34,005 bases of DNA from Candidatus Woesearchaeota archaeon (GTDB lineage: Archaea > Nanobdellota > Nanobdellia > Pacearchaeales > CAZSMI01): NCBI GenBank assembly GCA_964607815.1, contig CAZSMI010000002.1, positions 1 to 34,005 on the forward strand, in the 5' to 3' direction. Within the stretch, counting starts at the first letter, position 1. Each line of letters opens with the position of its first letter. Positions 32,681 through 34,005 of this stretch are shown here, piece by piece. Below the pieces are notes generated by a model. The model was not told the origin of the DNA. It saw only the letters and a list, made by a program, of their open reading frames with translations, and ran no database searches. Both the position numbers and the translations under genes were made by a program.

Positions 32681-32689
32681 TTTATTAAA
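32681..32689 (+). promoter_or_regulatory. TATA-like box (AAATTTATTAAAC) for the 126-aa coiled-coil gene
   Basis: tttattaaa lies 22-30 nt upstream of ATG 32711. Same TTTATTAA-type box as in the pilin genes. Confidence 0.4.
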
Positions 32690-32710
32690 CTCTTCCTTCC
32701 TTGTTTTAGC

Positions 32711-33091
32711 ATGCCAGAAATAGATGTTAATACGATGTCTGCGCTGCTTGCAGATTTCAATACAAAAATAAAAGATATAGAAGAAAGATCTGACTTGTTG
32801 AAAGAAAAACTTTCTCTTCTTGAGGGAAATTTTTTGGATTACAAGAATAGGACAAACAGGGAATTTTCTCTTTTGAAAGATTCATTGAGAGATATAAAAA
32901 ATTCTTTGGAGCAGCTAAAAGGAACATTACAACATATAATAAGAGAAACAGCAGGATTTGCGAGGAAGGAGGAGCTCATGATGCTTGAGAGGTACATGAA
33001 ATTATGGGAGCCACTAAAATTTGTTAGGGCTGATGAAGTTAAAGAAATGATAAAAGAAGCTTTGCGCAAGAAAAGTAGAGAAGAAAAATAA
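32711..33091 (+). CDS. Coiled-coil protein, function unknown
   Basis: 126 aa. Heptad-like K/E/L-rich sequence, then LERYMKLWEPLKFVRADEVKEMIKEAL. Confidence 0.55.
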   Translation: MPEIDVNTMSALLADFNTKIKDIEERSDLLKEKLSLLEGNFLDYKNRTNREFSLLKDSLRDIKNSLEQLKGTLQHIIRETAGFARKEELMMLERYMKLWEPLKFVRADEVKEMIKEALRKKSREEK

Positions 33092-33260
33092 GAGAAAACT
33101 TATAATAATTTAACAAGCTAGCATATAGTAAAAGTTAAAAAGAAAAATATTAAAACCACAAATACCTTGATATTTAAAAGAAAGTAATTTGAAAAAGGGG
33201 TAGGAATATAGATAAGTAATAAAAAGTTAGTGCTTATAAAAGAGGTTAAAAAGAGGAAAA

Positions 33261-34005
33261 ATGGCAGATGCATTACAAACTATTCTGCAGCTAGAAAAGC
33301 AAGGACTTTCTGATTCAGAGATAATAAAAAAGATGCAAGAGCAAGGCTTCTCTCCAAAAGAAATAAATGATGCCTTGAACCAGTCAAAAGTAAAATCTGC
33401 TGTTTCTGCTGGCGAAGAGTCAGCTGCTCCTGTCGCTGAAACTGAGGCTGGCGAGATGCAGCCTTCTGTTTTAGAGCCAGAAGAAGGAGAAGAAGAAATT
33501 GCAGTTCCAACACCAACCCCAAAACCAAGTAGGCTAGTCAAAGCAAAAAAAGCTGCTCCTGTACTAGCACCTATAGCACCTGAGGAAGAATTGCCTTATG
33601 CACTGCCTTATGCACCAGCTACTGAAGTTTCTGAAGCAGAAGCATATCCTTATGCTGCTCCACAAGCAGCTCCTGCTCCTGATATAGAAACAATAGAAGA
33701 AATTACAGAAGGGATAGTAGCAGAAAAATTTGATGAATTGAAAAGTAAAATAGGAGACATAACAGAATTCAAGGAAGACATACAAAGTAAAATTAATTCT
33801 CTTGGAGAAAGAACAAAAAGAATGGAAACAGTTATGGACAGTTTACAAGCAGCCTTGCTGGGCAAGGTACAAGAATATGGACAAAACATAAAAGATTTGG
33901 GAGCAGAAATGCGCAGCATGGAAGGAGCTTTTAGCAAAATTTTAAATCCGCTAATAGACAACATAAAAGAGTTAAGTAAAATAACCGCAAAACTAAAAGG
34001 AGAAA
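33261..34005 (+). CDS. Partial CDS (3' end outside the window): UBA-like N-terminal helices, P/A/E-rich linker, coiled-coil C-terminal part
   Basis: Open frame from ATG 33261 to the window end, translated by hand with no stop. MADALQTILQLEKQGLSDSEIIKKMQEQGFSPKEINDALNQ..., with GAGG and a TATA-like cttataaaag upstream. Absent from the ORF track, which lists only minus-strand shadow ORFs here. Confidence 0.6.
   Translation, partial: MADALQTILQLEKQGLSDSEIIKKMQEQGFSPKEINDALNQSKVKSAVSAGEESAAPVAETEAGEMQPSVLEPEEGEEEIAVPTPTPKPSRLVKAKKAAPVLAPIAPEEELPYALPYAPATEVSEAEAYPYAAPQAAPAPDIETIEEITEGIVAEKFDELKSKIGDITEFKEDIQSKINSLGERTKRMETVMDSLQAALLGKVQEYGQNIKDLGAEMRSMEGAFSKILNPLIDNIKELSKITAKLKGE

Noticed and set aside
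33227-33964. Minus-strand ORFs (33227-33541, 33280-33528, 33564-33785, 33650-33964)
   Set aside because: They are shadow frames of the plus-strand partial CDS starting at 33261. Their composition is low-complexity Ser/Leu/Cys-rich. The plus-strand frame has a proper start context and a coherent domain structure.

Overview
Visibly AT-rich, gene-dense archaeal chromosome segment. The archaeal assignment rests on RadA, aIF2-alpha, aEF-1beta, ribosomal S27e and uS15, Nop10, EndoQ, an RPA-type ssDNA-binding protein, a GAN/RecJ-like DHH protein and a tRNA intron at position 37/38. Small proteins with K/E-rich tails and little metabolism suggest a small-genome, DPANN-like archaeon; this is inference.

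Left to right:
- 1-1745: an IS200/IS605 element with intact tnpA and tnpB at the window edge.
- 1775-9902: housekeeping genes: ftsY, srp54, a lone trpD-like gene, bud32, tRNA-Gln, rps15, the recJ-like gene and the conserved S27e / aIF2-alpha / Nop10 trio. S27e and Nop10 are too short for the ORF track.
- 9940-12589: a translationally coupled HTH / LAGLIDADG / EndoQ operon.
- 12654-16457: a geranylgeranyl reductase, an extra prepilin-signal protein and an A24 prepilin peptidase.
- 16466-19786: a HIT-like protein with a degenerate histidine triad, an ASCH protein, a Zn-ribbon / aEF-1beta pair, a 489-aa protein with an HPr-like domain, and an intron-containing tRNA-Arg.
- 19882-22319: radA, a DUF457-type membrane protein and RPA.
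- 22380-32399: a roughly 10-kb, single-strand type IV pilus-like locus.
- 32711-34005: two coiled-coil genes, the second running off the window.

The pilus-like locus is the main candidate for a new system. It holds a 763-aa FlaI/PilB-family ATPase, a 709-aa polytopic platform protein and nine proteins with class III (prepilin-type) N-termini. These include three mini-ORFs absent from the ORF track, a Cys-rich putative pilin, and a pilin-signal protein with a possible bacterial cell-wall-hydrolase-like C-terminal module.

Other points worth a second look:
- By hand folding, both tRNAs carry C instead of the near-universal U at position 33.
- Two paralogous 37-nt promoter blocks are followed by tandem-repeat leaders.
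- There are perfect palindromes in two divergent intergenic regions.
- Most genes have a TATA-like box 21-30 nt upstream of the ATG, which fits leaderless transcripts.

All functional calls come from motif recognition by eye. No searches were run.
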